A stretch of DNA of 52,227 bases from Octopus sinensis (GCF_006345805.1 NW_021835128.1:1-52227); one strand, 5' to 3'. Positions 12,416-26,151 are shown, counted from the first letter of the stretch. Program-made: numbers and translations. The notes: generated from the letters alone by a model not told the origin.

Positions 12416-13296
12416 TCAATATATATTCCGAGAGAGAGAGGGGGGGGGTTAATATGGATAATTATATACATAGACATATATGCATATATATATGGATATT
12501 ATATATTTATATGAAATTCATATATACATACATACATACATACATACATCTATATATATATTTATATATATATATATTATATATATATATATAAATACAT
12601 ATATATACAATTCTCTCTGTTTAAACATATATAGGTATAAGTTTTATATATGTATATACCTATACGATAAAAGTATACACCCACACATATAATATGCGTG
12701 TGTGCGTGTGTGTATGTTTGTGTGTGTATATATTTATTTATATATATATATATATATGCATACGCACACAAAAATATCATATATTTAAATCATTCCAGCA
12801 TTCATGATAACATATATCCAAATATTAATAATACAAAAAATCCTACTTGAACATATATTCGGTAATAGATATGTATACACAAAGACGCCTCTGCAAAAAA
12901 TATAGACAGGACAATACATACATACATACATACATACATGATAAAAAAAATATATTGCTGCTATTCTATATAATTGCAATTATAGGAATCCAGAATTTGC
13001 AAAGTATACAAATGCATGATACATTTGCATACAATATATGTATTATACATAAGCATGCATTTGTATAAACAGATATACTTAGGTGTGTATCTCTACATCT
13101 GTTTGTATATAGACGCATAGGGTTCTGTTTAAGAACATACAGGCGCAGGTATAGGCTTTATGGTAAGAAGTTTGTCTCCCACTACATGGTTCGGTCTCAC
13201 TCTATGGCACCTTAAGAAATTGTCTTTGGACGACTAAACATTAGATGGAAACCGACAGAGGACGATCGCGCGCGCGCGCGCGTGTGTGTATCTATA

Positions 13297-13650
13297 GGCG
13301 CAGTCGTGGTTCTGTGGTAAGAAGCTTGCTTCCCAACCACATGGTTCTGGGTTCAGTTCCACTGCGTGGCACCATGGGCACGTGTCTTCTGCTAAAGCCT
13401 CGGACCAATCAAAGGCTCGTAAGTGGATTTCGTAGACAGAAACTGAAAGAAGCCCGTCATATATGTGTATATATATATATATATATATGTGTATCTTTGT
13501 TTCTGTGTTTATCCACACCACCGCTTGACAACCGATGTTGGTGTATTTACGTCCTCGTAAAATAGCAGTTCAGTAAAACAGACCGATAGAATAAGTAATT
13601 GGCTTTAAAAAAAAATAAGTCAAGGGTCGATTCATTCTATTAAAATTCTC
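13297..13650 (+). mobile_element. SINE family A copy (3'-truncated tail); an extra head fragment lies at about 13142-13230
   Basis: Head, (TA)n and tail modules match 48354-48792. Confidence 0.85.
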
Positions 13651-13789
13651 TCCACACACACACACACCACACACACACACACACACACACGTGCATACAC
13701 ACACACACACATTCTAAGACCAGACAAGAATGTTTGGCCTAAAAGAAAAAACAGGCAGATATCTCTGAAATCACATCAATCACCTAAAG

Positions 13790-14100
13790 GGTTTTAGTCG
13801 AAGAAATCAAGCTCAGGACATTCTTTTCTAAGCCTAGTTACGAGGACATAAACACACCAGCATCGGTTGTCAAGCGATGGTGGGCGGGAGTGACAAGCAC
13901 AGACACACACAAATAAATAAATATGTATGTATATTTACGACAAGTTTCTTTCAGTTTCCGTCAACTAAATCCACTCACAAGGCTATGGTCGGCCCGAAGC
14001 TATAGTAGAAGAGACTTGCCCAAGGTACCACGCAATGGGATTGAACCCGGAACCATGTGGTTAGGAAGCAAGCTTCTTACTACACAATCACTCCTGCGCC
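13790..14100 (-). mobile_element. SINE family A copy, inverted relative to 13297-13650
   Basis: Reverse complement begins GGCGCAGGAGTGATTGTGTAGTAAG; partial tail present. Confidence 0.8.
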
Positions 14101-14329
14101 TATTATGTATACACCCAGAACCATGCTAATAGCTTAGGATTTTAAATTCAGGATTTTTCGGTTTTTTGTGTATAGATTTAGATAAAACTTTTCCAGCTGG
14201 TTTGCAAACACTATAATAACACCGTTGTTATGTTTTCATTATTCTGTGTAATCTCCTTTCTTTTTTATTTCAGATTCTTCATTTTTCTGGTGAACCACGC
14301 TAATAGCGTCTCTCCTCTCTATGAACAAA

Positions 14330-15050
14330 AGGACGTGAAAAATGCCTTAACGATGAAGAAAAGTCTGTCATCATCAAGGAAAGAGAATACAAAATGCCGG
14401 AATTGATATTTCATCCGAAGGTCAAGCGACTCTACCAATTCGGCACTTTTGCACATACGTTGCATATTTTCTCTGATATTTTCCATACCTTAGAAAACTA
14501 AGAATTGTGTATTACCCCAAACACTGCAATGTCTGTCGGGAAACTGATTGGAAAGATGAGTCATGGAGAATAATTATGCAAATTAATACAATACCTTGAA
14601 AGAGCATGCTCTCTTTTTTGTAGGCGAAGAATACGTGACCGCATCAGATTTTCGGAGTCAGAATGGAGACCTAAATACTCTCACTTAGAGATTCTAAATG
14701 AAAGCATTTGGGCCTTCATTCGTCAGTTAAGATCACATTTCTTTTTACTATTGAAGCGAAATCAGTTTTTCTCGTTGAGTGCTTCACATGCGGCACTCTT
14801 CTGGGACGATTGTCATGTCAATCGTCTCATGCTTTATGAACAATCAGACAATTGTTGGAGAATTTCAGGGAGAATCTTATAAAGAATTGGATTTTACTAT
14901 GACTATTGCCACCAACTTAAAAGGGTCCAGAGTTCCCGGTCGTAATCCCAGTCCTCGAAAGATTTACCGTATAGAACAACTTATCAATGAAGAAATTGTA
15001 TATATCTTTAAATGCTTCAACGGCACTACACTTGTACATAGAATGTAAGT
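14330..15050 (+). pseudogene. Possible heavily decayed Tc1-like transposase remnant
   Basis: KCLNDEEKSVIIKERE resembles a Tc1 N-terminal HTH start; SGTIVMSIVSCF resembles GGSVMVWGCF; PSPRKIYRIEQL resembles SPDLNPIENL. No intact DDE motif and no TIRs identified. Confidence 0.3.
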
Positions 15051-16700
15051 CACAGATATCGTTAGCAGTAGTCTATCGGCAGATAGGGAAATCGTCAATA
15101 GGATCGCACCCCATTATATTAGGGCACTAGTGCGGTGTGGCTTTATTGATAAGTTAGTATATAAGGAGGATCCTTCACTTTCAAACGCGAAGAGAGAGAG
15201 AGAGAGATAGAGAGAAAAGTAATCAAATTTAATTTAGAATTCAAACTGGATATTTCCATTAGTATAGCCGGGTAGTTTACGGATGCTAATTAAACAGCAT
15301 GGCCCAAGGAGTCATAGGTATTACAAACTCTTTAGCTTCTGTAATGGTTAACTTCTCATGCTTAAAAAATATCGCTTCCAAATTCGTACGCCCAACACAA
15401 TCTTCATCTCACTTTTCAACCTGCAACTGCTGAAATCTTGCTCAAAGAGAGAATTCTACCTGTCATAGGCTGTAGTATATAGAAGCAACTTGCACCACAC
15501 TATGACATCACGACACTCATCACGAGCGTGATAGCCTATGCAATTCTTAGGTGTAGAGATGAGAAAACTCCATCTCCCTTTCCTGCTTCATTTAGAGACT
15601 TCAGAACCATAGAATTGACTCCCAACTTAGTATGGGGAATGTTTGATAGAGCTTCTCCTTGCTCACTTGGATTTCATTTCTGGCTCCGTGAAAATATGCA
15701 CTATTGCACCACCGACAGGAAAACCGAGCTATCCTATTGTGGAAAGAGAAATATCCTGTTAATGAACCTAATCGGCCGTTGAATATCAGGTAACAACAGA
15801 CTAGGTATACATAAATGGCCTTTGTATATAATTCCTACTGCCTTCAGAGTCATACTGATCATCAAATCATTACCTTTCTATGTGGTAACTGTTGTCGATG
15901 AAATGTCACACCCTACTCTACGCCATCTCTACTACGTTGAGCTCTCAGTGAAAGAACTGATGTCGCTAAGATAGCTAAAGCATTCAGATGATCTGGACCG
16001 AGTAAAATACTGTGATCTAGAAACTGTTTCGAATAGCTTCTAAATTCACTCTACTCCGACTTTGAATGACTGGTGATATGAACGTATTCTAATGCTCTGA
16101 AACTTTAAGTAATGCGGAGTTGAGTCAATCTGCTATTGTGCATATTATATATGTATGCGCGTGAGTGTGCGTGCATATGTGTGCGCATATGAACAAATAA
16201 AAGAAATTACTCCACGAAAATTGCTGTATAACTTAAGTAGCAGTAACAAGTAACAAGGGATCGAACAACCCGATTTCTATTAAAACCCCATGGGAACAAT
16301 TTTGCCTCGACGACTATTATTATTATTATTGCTGCTAGTTGTTCGACGGCTACAGCCACTCCTATGAAAACAAGTCTTGACCACACTATTCAATTTACAA
16401 AAACAGATAGTTGTAATTTGCGGTCACAGTTAGTTGAACTTGTCATGGTACCAGAACCAAAGGATATTATCACATGTTCTTGCAGGAAAAAGGAAAGTAA
16501 ATTATGAATGTTAATCTTAATTTTAATTTAATTTTTTAATAGTTCTTTTCACCTTACATATTCCATTTTGACAAAGTTTTCCAAAAACCGAAACATGTAG
16601 AAGGAAAATTAAAGTGTACCCAATTTTAAGCAGCATTTTCGTTCTTGTTTTTCATAAATATCTACTTATTCGTGTGTTACCTCTACAAATCTTTTCAAAT

Positions 16701-16774
<74 letters not shown>

Positions 16775-16952
16775 ATGTCTGTTACCATCTTAGCGCCTAA
16801 ACCAGCGAACCAATATTCACGTAACTTTGTATACATGTTACACTAAGACATGGATTTCAATAAAAGTCTATAATGTGTCCCCAAGGGGCGCTGCGTGAAT
16901 TATATGATAAAAATGAGAAGGTTGCAAATAGTATTAGTCTGATGGAAGGGTA

Positions 16953-16998
<46 letters not shown>

Positions 16999-17229
16999 TG
17001 TCTGTATCAGTGAAGGCGAGAGCAGCGGTCACAATGGAATGTTAACGTTAATACAGCTGTCATATACAAGCGATGCTGTATACATACTTTCGTAAATACA
17101 TAGATACAAAACACACACACAGAAAGGGGTGTGTGAGGAATATGTAGCTTTAAGGAGAGAGGGTGTTGGTGGCTTTTCTGCTGTCCATCGCAAGGAAACA
17201 TTCACACATAGATAAACACACATAAATAC

Positions 17230-17274
<45 letters not shown>

Positions 17275-17559
17275 CACATATCTACTATACATCATTTTAA
17301 ACTCGTGACTACGTATGTGTACACTTATGTGTGTGTATGTGTATGTGTGTGTGTGTTTGTGTGTGTATGTGATGTCCTATAACTATCTCTACTTTTGTAG
17401 GGTCTTCCTTTTATTACATTTTATAAGATTTTTTAATTGCCTCACAATTTCCAGATTTGGTATATCGAAATAATTTTTCACATTAAACCCGATTTTTCAT
17501 CTTTATTGAGCTCTTTGCTAACGTCTTGTATCAAAGAAATATTTGCGTTATTTTGTGAG

Positions 17560-17636
<77 letters not shown>

Positions 17637-17637
<1 letters not shown>

Positions 17638-18676
17638 TAGCATTATGACCCGTCGTTGCCGGGTCATAGTGCTAGTGCATGTATATATGTGTATATATAT
17701 GTGTACATATTACATGTACATCTATATATATATATACATCTACACATAAAATACAAAATACAAAGTTATATCTTGATATCGCTAGTGATAACAATACTCA
17801 AAATATATAACAGACTGGAATTGTAAGTTCGTCTCTTGCAATTTCGATCAATTGTATCTTGTCTTCCCTCTTGTATAGAAGTGTGGCTACAATCCAGCCT
17901 ACCTCTACTGCTGGGGGGGAGGGACATTTTAAATTTTTATCCGGCACGTCCTACGTCCCAGATATAAAGGTAAAATTAAAATATTTCCACTTTGCAAGTT
18001 CGAGTCGAGTACTCCCTTGCATGCTCCGTTGACTCGAACCTTGCTTCTATTGTGGCGAATTTACCACCTCTGGTTAGATATCTTTCATAGTCGCACCAAG
18101 ACACTTTCCGATGGTGCTTTTCTTCAGGTGTTCAAATCTTTTTTCTCTACATTGTATACTTTATAGACAATAGTCTTTCCTTTAATTTAATTTTTTATTA
18201 TCCATCTGGACTATTCCATTTCTGCACGCTAATTCTATTTTTAATTTATTTCCATTCATGTGCAACCACTTATTCAAGTTCAAGTCATTGATGCAATTTT
18301 ATACCGATTGCTATTTTTACTTTTGTTATGTTACGATTATATTATACTTTTGTTTGATTTTAATTATTACTTACTACATATAATTCAATTGTTATTATTA
18401 TTTTTATTGTTAAAGTGAAAGCATCTGACATAAAACAGAGAAATGTTTCTGTTTCACTTTTAACACGTAATACTGAAATAGTGGAGAAGATATGATATTC
18501 CTATGGGCTCGCACTAGACAAGACGTTGATCATATTTTTTTTGCCGATGACACTCCCCGGACCTTACGTAAGGCATGTGTAAAATTTGAATGAAATTGGT
18601 TGAGTAGTTCTCAAGTTTTAGGGAAACACACAGACAGACAGACAGACACATATTCTCAGTTTTATATATATAGAGA
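17637..18676 (-). mobile_element. Non-autonomous Helitron (~1.04 kb)
   Basis: Minus strand reads A|TCTCTATATATATAAAACTGAGAATATGTGTCTGTCTGTCTG.. and ends GACCCG-GCAACGA-CGGGTC-ATAATG-CTAG|T: 5'-TC, subterminal hairpin, 3'-CTAG, insertion between A and T, and a (GTCT)n tract near the 5' end. Confidence 0.8.
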
Positions 18677-18712
18677 TATATATACATACATACATACATA
18701 CATACATACACG

Positions 18713-18758
<46 letters not shown>

Positions 18759-19724
18759 TATATATATCGTTTTGCGTGCGTATGCATGTGTATGTGTGTG
18801 GTATGTGTGTCTGTATGCGCGCGCAGTGCTTTCGTTATTCGCTCGTCTTACACACACAATCTTGAACAGTTCTCTCCCGTTCTGTATTGTACCATTCACT
18901 GCTAATATTCACATACTCCTCTGATCTTACTCTTTTGTTGTTGCTCTATCATTCGATCCCCGCCTCTCTCTCTTCTCTCTATTTGTCAGGCTCTACACCT
19001 ATCTGTCTCTCTCGCTTTATTACTCCGTCCCTTTATATCAGCACACCAGCCGCCTTCCCAACATAAACTCTATATCCAAAATGTTATCTCAGCCATCAGC
19101 TCAAATAGATATGTCATAAATAGACTGAAACACAGCGTCAACATGGCGTCGATGGCGGTTTTTCCGACGAAACTTGCGGTAGCTTTCTATTCTAACAAGA
19201 GAATCAAATATTCGGCCGCCATATGTAAATGATGGCTCATATATCTAGCAGTCGAAGATGGTTATGTCAGAAGCAGCCTATTCACTAATTTGTCCGAACT
19301 TTTCGCCATACAAACTCCATAGTAAAAGACTATAAGACTATTAGACCATTCAAAATCAACAAATTCAATGAAAAGGCCACGAATGCAAAAAAGAAATCGC
19401 ATTCTATATCCTTGCGAATTAGAAAGCAAAACGAAGCTGCACTTTTCTTCATTATCTTTTTCTTTGTGTTTTCTTCTCACATTCTCTTTCTTTGAGAAGG
19501 ATTTTTCTCAATTTTCATACAATTTTCTCTTAAGGTTTCTTGTAATCCGTCTGTATCTATCTATAGATAAATAAAGAAGCATGAAGAAGTGTGTGTGTGT
19601 GTATGATCATGATCTATTTCACCTTATTTTATCGAGTTTAATTTCATTCCTACAGTTTCTTTTCTCTTTGAGTTAAGTTTTCTATCTTTTACCCATTTAT
19701 ATTTCTTTCTTTCTGTCTCTCTCT

Positions 19725-19760
<36 letters not shown>

Positions 19761-19809
19761 TGACTCTCTCTGTCTGTCTCTCTCTATTTTACTCTCTCTT
19801 TCTCCCTCT

Positions 19810-19860
<51 letters not shown>

Positions 19861-20287
19861 ATATTTAAACTTACCTCTGCCTTTATTTTCAAATTTTCTT
19901 TCTGATTTCCGTGACCGCTTCTCTATAGTTTTGACCATTTTTTTCGCACCTTCTTTCATTTCGTTTTTCTATTTTATTCCTTTGTTGCTTTTCTCCATCC
20001 CTTTCCTTTTCTTTTAACCGCCTCTTCTATATTTTTTTTATTTTCGACAATCACTTCTTGTCATGTGATCTTTATCTCAAACCTCCCTTCTTTTTGCTAA
20101 CTTTAGTAGCTCCCTATTCATATATATATATATTTAGTTTATTAGTCGTTCATGTATCCATGTGTCTTATCCGCCTTCTGAAATTTAAACTTTCTATTTT
20201 TCGTTTTCAGATACCCTTTTATCTATCTTTCATTTGGATAAATTCATTTCGGTATTTCTTTTTCATTTCATCAATTCTTCATTCTAG

Positions 20288-20586
20288 TGGAAGCACATGA
20301 CCTAGTGGTTAGAGCAGCGGATTCGCGGTCAAGGGATCATCGGTTCGAATCTCAGACCGGGTGATGTGTATGTTTATGAGCGAAGCACCTAAGCTCCACG
20401 CGGCTCCGGCAGAAGGTAATGGCAAACTTCTGCTGACTCTTTCACCACAATTTTCTCTTATTCTTTCCTCTTGCATCTTGCAGCTCACCTGCGACGGACC
20501 GGCGTCCCGTCCAGGTGGGGAACCTATACGCCAAGAAAACCGGGAAACCAGCCCTAATGAGCTGGAATGGCTCGAGAAGGAACAAA
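20288..20586 (+). mobile_element. SINE family C, second subfamily
   Basis: Collinear with 10411-10712. Confidence 0.85.
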
Positions 20587-20736
20587 TAAGTCTTCATTCT
20601 TACTGTTCAGTTTTCTTAGCCCAGCAAACTTTTCCCTCTGAAGATATTATTCCACAAATACGTTTATACTTCTTCTTCTTTCACTCCTTCATGAACTTTC
20701 AAATTATTTTCTGCTATTTTCATTCTCTTTACCCTT

Positions 20737-20977
20737 TTACTCTTTTACTTGTTACAGTCATTTGACTGCGGCCATGCTGGAGCAGCGCCTTTAGTCGAGA
20801 AACTCAACCCCAGGACTTATTCTTTCGTAAGCCTAGTACTTATTCTATCGTTCGTTCTTATAATCACATAGATCAGTCACTTGTGTATCCTTGGACGTGA
20901 CGTAACACCACCCATTGGTTGTCAAGCGATGTTGGGGGAAAACACACACGACACACCACACACACACACACACATAT

Positions 20978-21030
<53 letters not shown>

Positions 21031-22365
21031 ATATATAAGGGACATTAGCCAACTGAATATGGGTAGGGACAGGGCAGGGTGGTGGGGGTGTCACTGTTGC
21101 ATTAGCCCCAGGCGAACATCAACGTCACCAGATAGGCCGACGCCATCACGGCGTCCTCTATCTTGCAAAGGGAGATCATTCCCCAAGAAGCGGATGCCAC
21201 ACACGGACCTAGGTTTCAAGGTGTATGCCTATTATCAACGTGTGGTAGGCACCGCTTCTCGACGAACGACTCACCGTGCAAGATATATATAAGATTTTCA
21301 AGTAAATACATTTACTGATTCGAAAATCTGTTCGACAGCAATAATAATTCTCTAAATGAGATATAGACAGTGACTGCTCCAAATATAAGGGACATTAGCT
21401 AACTGAATATGGCTAGGGACAGGGCAGGGTGGTGGGGGTGTCACTGTGCATTTAGCCCCAGGCGAACATCACGTCACCAGATAGGCCGACGCCATCACGG
21501 CGTCCTCTATCTTGCAAAGGGAGATCATTCCCCAAGAAGCGGATGCCACACACGGACCTAGGTTTCAAGGTGTATTGCCTATTCTTGAAACCTAGGTCCG
21601 GGTGTGGCACCGCTTCTTGGGGAATGATCTCCCTTTGCAAGATAGAGGACGCCGTGATGGCGTCGGCCTATCTGGTGACGTTGATGTTCGCCTGGGGCTA
21701 AATGCAACAGTGACACCCCCCACCACCCTGCCATGTCCCTAGCCATATTCAGTTGGCTAATGTCCCTTATATTATGGAGCAGTCACTGTCTATATCTCAT
21801 TTAGAGAATTATTATTGCTGTCGAACAGATTTTCGAAATCAGTAAATGTATTTACTTGAAAATCTTTATATTATCTTGCACGGTGAGTCGTTCGTCGAGA
21901 AGCGGTGCCTACCACACTTGATAATAGGCAATAGACCTTGAAACCTAGGTCCGTGTGTGGCATCCGCTTCTTGGGAATGATCTCCCTTTGCAAGATAGAG
22001 GACGCCGTGATGGCGTCGGCCTATCTGGTGACGTTGATGTTCGCCTGGGGCTAAATGCAACAGTGACACCCCCACCACCCTGCCCTGTCTCTAGCCATAT
22101 TCAGTTGGCTAATGTCCCTTATATTATGGAGCAGTCACTGTCTATATCTCATTTAGAGAATTATTATTGCTATATATATATATATATATATATACATATA
22201 TACGACGGGCTTCTTTCAGTTTCTGTCTACCAAATTCACTCACAAAGCTTTGGTTGGCCCAAAGCTATAGTAGAAGACACTTTCCCAAGGTGCCACGAAG
22301 TGGGAATGAACCCAGAGCCATGTGGTTGGTAAGCAAGCTACTTACCACACACCCACTCCTGCGCC
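20737..22365 (-). mobile_element. SINE family A copy split by a 1.1-kb insertion in its internal (TA)n (tail about 20737-20960, head 22203-22365)
   Basis: Tail and head modules are in the same orientation on either side of the palindromic array. Confidence 0.8.
21036..22170. repeat. Fold-back palindrome of a ~350-bp tandem unit (~1.6 units forward, ~1.7 units reversed, 14-nt central spacer at 21570-21583)
   Basis: GACATTAGC recurs at 21041 and 21391 (period 350); its reverse TGTCCC recurs at 21761 and 22113 (period 352); centre GGACCTAGGTTTCAAG-gtgtattgcctatt-CTTGAAACCTAGGTCC. Confidence 0.95.
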
Positions 22366-22898
22366 TTCAGTAATTATACCTTCTCGACTATCATATCCCA
22401 CCTCTCAAAATTCCGCCAAAATTTCTCCCTTGCCCATAATTTTCTAACATTTCCACGTCTCTCCAGATTTTCTCCCCTTATATAAGTGAGAGAGTATCTG
22501 GAATTTCAGGCAGTACTCCTGAGAACACCGAGTATCAGAGTGTATAAAGTGGATTTTTTTTTTGTTTTTGGTAAAAACCATAATTTCACACAAACTGCAA
22601 ATCTAAATGGTTGACTATAGTAGTGGAATATAATATAACAAGTGAAGAATGGAATTGTTTATATAGAGTAGAGGCTATTTTATTAATGAGTTGATTAATC
22701 TATAAAAGTGGACTGAACGAAGTATATTGGTCAGTATGAGGATACCCGTCGGCACAGGGTGCATACTCCACCTACACATCTGCGCTTAACACCGTTCTCG
22801 AGTTTCTCTTGACAAAGCGCTTTTCACTCAGAAATATTGTTATATAAGGAAAAGTGCAAACTTAGGGAAAGCAAGAGTGTGTGCGTATGCCACACACA

Positions 22899-22944
<46 letters not shown>

Positions 22945-23064
22945 TTGGATTGTCTTTTTATATAACTGAAACATACACACATGTATGTTGGTATGTATGT
23001 CTATCTGTATGTTGGTATGTATCTGTCTATATGTTCATATATTTATATTTCATGACCAAACGAT

Positions 23065-23320
<256 letters not shown>

Positions 23321-26084
23321 TCCGAAGCTCCCAAAACCCCTTCTAAACTGATGTGCCCTCTTTATCACCCTTTCCTTCCAATTTCCCCTTCACTTCTCTT
23401 CTTTTACACCCTCCTCATTCTCTCTCTCTCCCCTTCTCTCTCTTTCTCTCTCTCATTTTCTCTGCTCTTCTTGTGTATGCTTCTCAGGAAATAGCTAATG
23501 CCTGAGTGAAAGAGAGAAAAAGACAATGAGAGAGACATAGAGAGAGAAACATAGATCAGAAGAGGAAAGAAAGGGGAAGTTGTCTAATCCTTTACGAAGT
23601 ACTGTGTCTGTCCATGTTGCCTTCTGGCCCCGCTGTTTTCCTATTAAATCTATGAATTAATAAAATCACAATGGGATCCGCAATCAGTCTACGTTAATAC
23701 ATATTTCCATTCTGAAGTAAGACGCATGTCGTTTTCCAAATCACAGACATGTCAGTATTGCTGTGTCCCTCGTTTAGATTTGTATACAGAGTATATAAAA
23801 TATACGTTTGTGTATATTTCTGTTGGCTTGTGTGTGTATGTTATTGTGTGTGTGCGTGCGTGCGTGCGCGCGCGCGCGCGCGCGCGCGTGTGGTGTGTGT
23901 GTGTGTGTGTGTAAGTATATGTTATTCCATGTCTGTAAGTGAATGCTTATGCAAACTTTATTTATGGTCGCAGTCTAATGACTGAAATAAGGTAAGAATA
24001 TATATATATACATATACCTACATATTTGTCCTTGTATGTTGCATATGAGTGTGTATATAAAAATACATGTGCTTATATATATATAAATCCTTATGTGTAT
24101 GTATGTGTATGTATGTAAATACCAACCCACACACACACACGCGCATACACACACACACATATATTTACACTCACCATACATACACACGCGCCTATATACG
24201 TTGTTTGTGTCTGTAATCACGTATACACACATACTCATAGAACAAATAAATACGCACATATATATTTAAACGTAACACACACACACACACACACACTTTC
24301 ATATATGTTCATATGCAAGATTGAGTGTTTGTATGTATGACGATGTGTGAGCGTGTAGCCATTTGCATTACACACTGCGTGTAGCTTGTTTCAATTAGTT
24401 AATTCCTTCCGTTTTGTTTCGAATATTAGAGCGTGTGTGTGTGTATGTGTGTGTATGTATGTGTGTGTGAGAGAGAGAGAGAGAGAGATAGAGAGAGAAA
24501 GAGAAAGAGAGGGAAAGAGGGACAGCGATGGTGCTTTCATTGTGTAGTTGGTGAGTTACTTGTATCATAGAGACTGGTTCTTTACACTTATTATGGCCTG
24601 ATAAAGCCGTTTGGGTTGCGATGTGAGACAGAATCAGATCACTGTGAGAAGCGTTAACAACTCCAACAAGAGCTATCGTCACGTTCCCAATTTGGTTTTT
24701 TGCAAATAATTAATTTGATAACTGTGTTTCCTGCTACAGGCAATACAAATGTAATATAGTGTTTTTCCATATTTCATCTAGTGAGAACCGTTGACAGTTG
24801 ACATGTGCTCTAACTTTCACAGTGGCAGAAAGATAGTTTGAAATCGAAGTTAGTGCTTATTTTTTTAGACTAGTATTCCTCAATGTTTCAACTTCTTTTC
24901 TTTCTCTTGCCGAATAGTTTTTCGCAGGACGAACACATACCTATACTGGTTGCCAAGCGGTGCGATAATAACACAAATTAGTGCGCATGCCCATTTACAG
25001 ACCGGGTTCTGTACAATTTTCGCTTACCAGATTTATTCACAAAGCACTGGTTGACAAGGTACTATAATAAAAACCATTGCTCGAAGAGCAATTTTTGGTT
25101 AAAATAAAACGCTTTGAATACAAAAGTCGAAGTTTTATCCACTTAGAGTTCAACCGTTAAAAGCGAATTACTTCACGATCCCTTGAAGCTTCTTAATTCG
25201 TATGAATGTGTGTACACGTATACACACTTTAAAATATATCTCAGAAGGTATGAAACGTTACGAAAAGTATTGGGTATGATAGATTGGTTCCTCCTATGCT
25301 TCACTTGATTTGACATTAATCATCATAACTTCATGTAGATTAGTGTGCAGAATACCCTACACAATATAGAAATGGAACTGGTATTCCATGTTTATATAAT
25401 GTGTTTCAGTCAGTCAACCGCCGTTCATTACGTAAGCCGTTAAGTCGTATTACGTAGCACATTGCAGCCAGCTCATTTCTTTAGAATTAGCAAGAATACC
25501 TAATAATGCTGACGAAGCGTGCCGGCTGCGTTGCGTTGTGTGACAGGGTCTATTGGCTTACATAATAAATGGCAGTCGGTTTACTGAAAGACGTGTATAA
25601 AGCATAAAATACCAGTTACATTTTCGGTCTTCTGTGTATGTTTGTGAATAGAACTCATATGAGTAAAAAAGTGAGACGGAGACAGACAGAAAAAAGGAAA
25701 ATGTCCCTTACATTTGAAACCTATGGAAATATTAAAATAAAACATTTCATTTAATTTTTCCACAATTTAATTGTTTTTCATGCTTTACTCTAAGTTGAAA
25801 AAGTCGCAAAGTTTGAAACCGGTACTAAAATGTTCTTCCTGATAAAATTATTTTAGCATTTTCTACTACTATTTACTATTTATTGTTTTTGTACTTTATT
25901 GATTTTTAGAATAAGGTTTTTATAGTATATGTTTTCTATATGGTGTGACTAACATCTTTGATTATTGATTTGTCTAATAGAGGTTTTTCTCTAAATTATA
26001 TACATATATTATATATTGTGAAATTTGATTTAGAATTGCTAAATTGAATTTTCCCTGTAAGTTTGAAATTATATTCCTTACTAT

Positions 26085-26134
<50 letters not shown>

Positions 26135-26151
26135 TGCGTTTACCTTCATCT

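Noticed and set aside
15450-16020. Possible Gypsy RNase H relic on the minus strand (DSSVFPVGGAIVHIF; GEALSNI)
   Set aside because: Too degenerate to support by eye.
21036-21390. 350-bp unit as a retrozyme or a coding repeat
   Set aside because: No hammerhead core on either strand, no convincing HDV-like or twister fold by eye, and the long frame contains a stop with no recognisable motif. An Infernal search is still warranted.
23590-23650. Possible 45-nt minus-strand micro-exon (ag|GAAAACAGC..TACTTC|gtaaag)
   Set aside because: Weak polypyrimidine tract, no recognisable peptide and no neighbouring exons.
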